From assembly GCA_002269645.1 (NCBI GenBank), contig NIVC01002949.1, positions 1 to 64,000 on the forward strand: a stretch of DNA of 64,000 bases, given 5' to 3'. Below are positions 62,878 through 64,000 of the stretch, piece by piece. This stretch comes from Macrostomum lignano. Its lineage: Eukaryota. Both the position numbers and the translations under genes were made by a program. A model generated the notes under the pieces. That model saw nothing but the letters and a program-made list of their open reading frames with translations. It was not told the origin of the DNA and made no database searches. How positions within the stretch are numbered: position 1 is the first letter of the stretch; each line of letters starts with the position of its first letter.

Positions 62878-63180
62878 GTTATTTCTAAGGGTATCTGAGC
62901 ATATTGAAAAAAACGGGTATTTCTAAGGGTACCTGAGTACAATCACTAAGGGGCATTTCTAAGGGTACCTGAGTACAATCACTAAGGGGTATTTCTAAGG
63001 GTACCTGAGTACAATCACTAAGGGGTATTTTCAAGGGTACCTGAGTACAATCACTAAGGGGTATTTTCAAGGGTACCTGAGCAAATTGAAAAAAACGGGT
63101 ATTTCTAAGGGTACCTGAGTGTATTGACGAAGGGTGCCTGAACATGATGAAAAATGGGTATTTCTAAGGGTACCTGGGCA
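62878..63180. repeat. ~36 bp repeat (gggtatttctaagggtacctgagtacaatcactaag)
   Basis: Degenerate tandem copies 3' of DDR. Confidence 0.85.
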
Positions 63181-64000
63181 TAATGTCGAAGGGGTATTTC
63201 AATTTGTAACCTAAGCATGATGATACATGTGCATGCGTAAGTACAAGTACACTTTTGAAGTACATGTAGATAACCGAGCATGAATAACAAAGGTGTTATT
63301 TCTTAAGAGCTTTTACACGCGATGATAATGTAAATTACTTGTATTTTATGTACCTGAACATGATGTCAAAGGTGTATTTCTCTAGTATAGATTGGTATGA
63401 GGATGTCCCGGCAAACACTGTCTGTTCAGTCATTCCAGAGTTGCTAGTCAGATGTCTTAAATAAGGCAGCCTGGAAGAGATTAATGCAGCCATGCAATTT
63501 ACTTGCGCTATTAACTTTGTGATTCTGATTGTTCCACCATGACAAAATGATGTACACAATTTATGCACACTCTTAATTTCATAATTCTACCTGACATTTA
63601 AAACAATTGGTAAAAAACAATTACAGAACTTCTCCGTTGTAAATCTGAAATTTATTGTCTTTTTGTTCAAACTGTTTCCATATCATCTTACTAGCAGTAG
63701 ACGCTATTGAAAATTGTTGTACGAGTATATTTTACAGCTTGTCTGTCTGCTTCGCAATTGCAGGAGCATTTAAACTCTACTGTCTCAGTTGTGTTGTATT
63801 TTTTTTGCTGGAAAATTTCGTGTCCAAGTCTGGATTTTTTTGTTAATTATGCTCGCAACTTTCCGGAGTAATTCGAAGCAATCTTGTGACTATAATTATC
63901 TGCGTCTCGCGTTTCTATGCGCAGAGCAATGCAATAAATTTGCGGCAAGTGACTTGTCACCGCTAGTGCACTGCAAAATCGCTGATTTTGGGTTTTTCTT

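Overview
Eukaryotic (animal) genomic DNA, not prokaryotic. GC-rich exons encoding poly-Q/G/A tracts are separated by introns filled with minisatellites, a style that resembles the flatworm Macrostomum lignano (species is inferred, not shown). Six intron-aware protein genes can be reconstructed by hand: a DLGAP/GKAP-domain gene (1760-10943, +, with an apparent 1-nt frameshift near its end), a stand-alone temptin-like secreted protein (-), a TOX-like HMG-box protein (-), RCC1 with a long Ala-rich tail (+), an ankyrin-repeat/MAP3K-type kinase joined by a phase-compatible intron (+), and a discoidin domain receptor (DDR) tyrosine kinase (43643-62833, +). Mobile DNA includes a truncated IS630/Tc1-like element, a MITE, a young MULE with a 9-bp TSD, an old MULE transposase relic, a P-like THAP element with an 8-bp TSD, and tRNA-headed SINEs. 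About 28 distinct tandem arrays are present. The most striking signal is a CpG-free, TpA-rich transposon graveyard (about 21-30 kb). There, conserved MULE transposase residues appear to have been destroyed mainly by CpA->TpA and CpG transitions, a RIP-like signature not expected in an animal. Most long ORFs in the supplied track are artefacts of translating repeats. All exon structures and alignments were made by eye.
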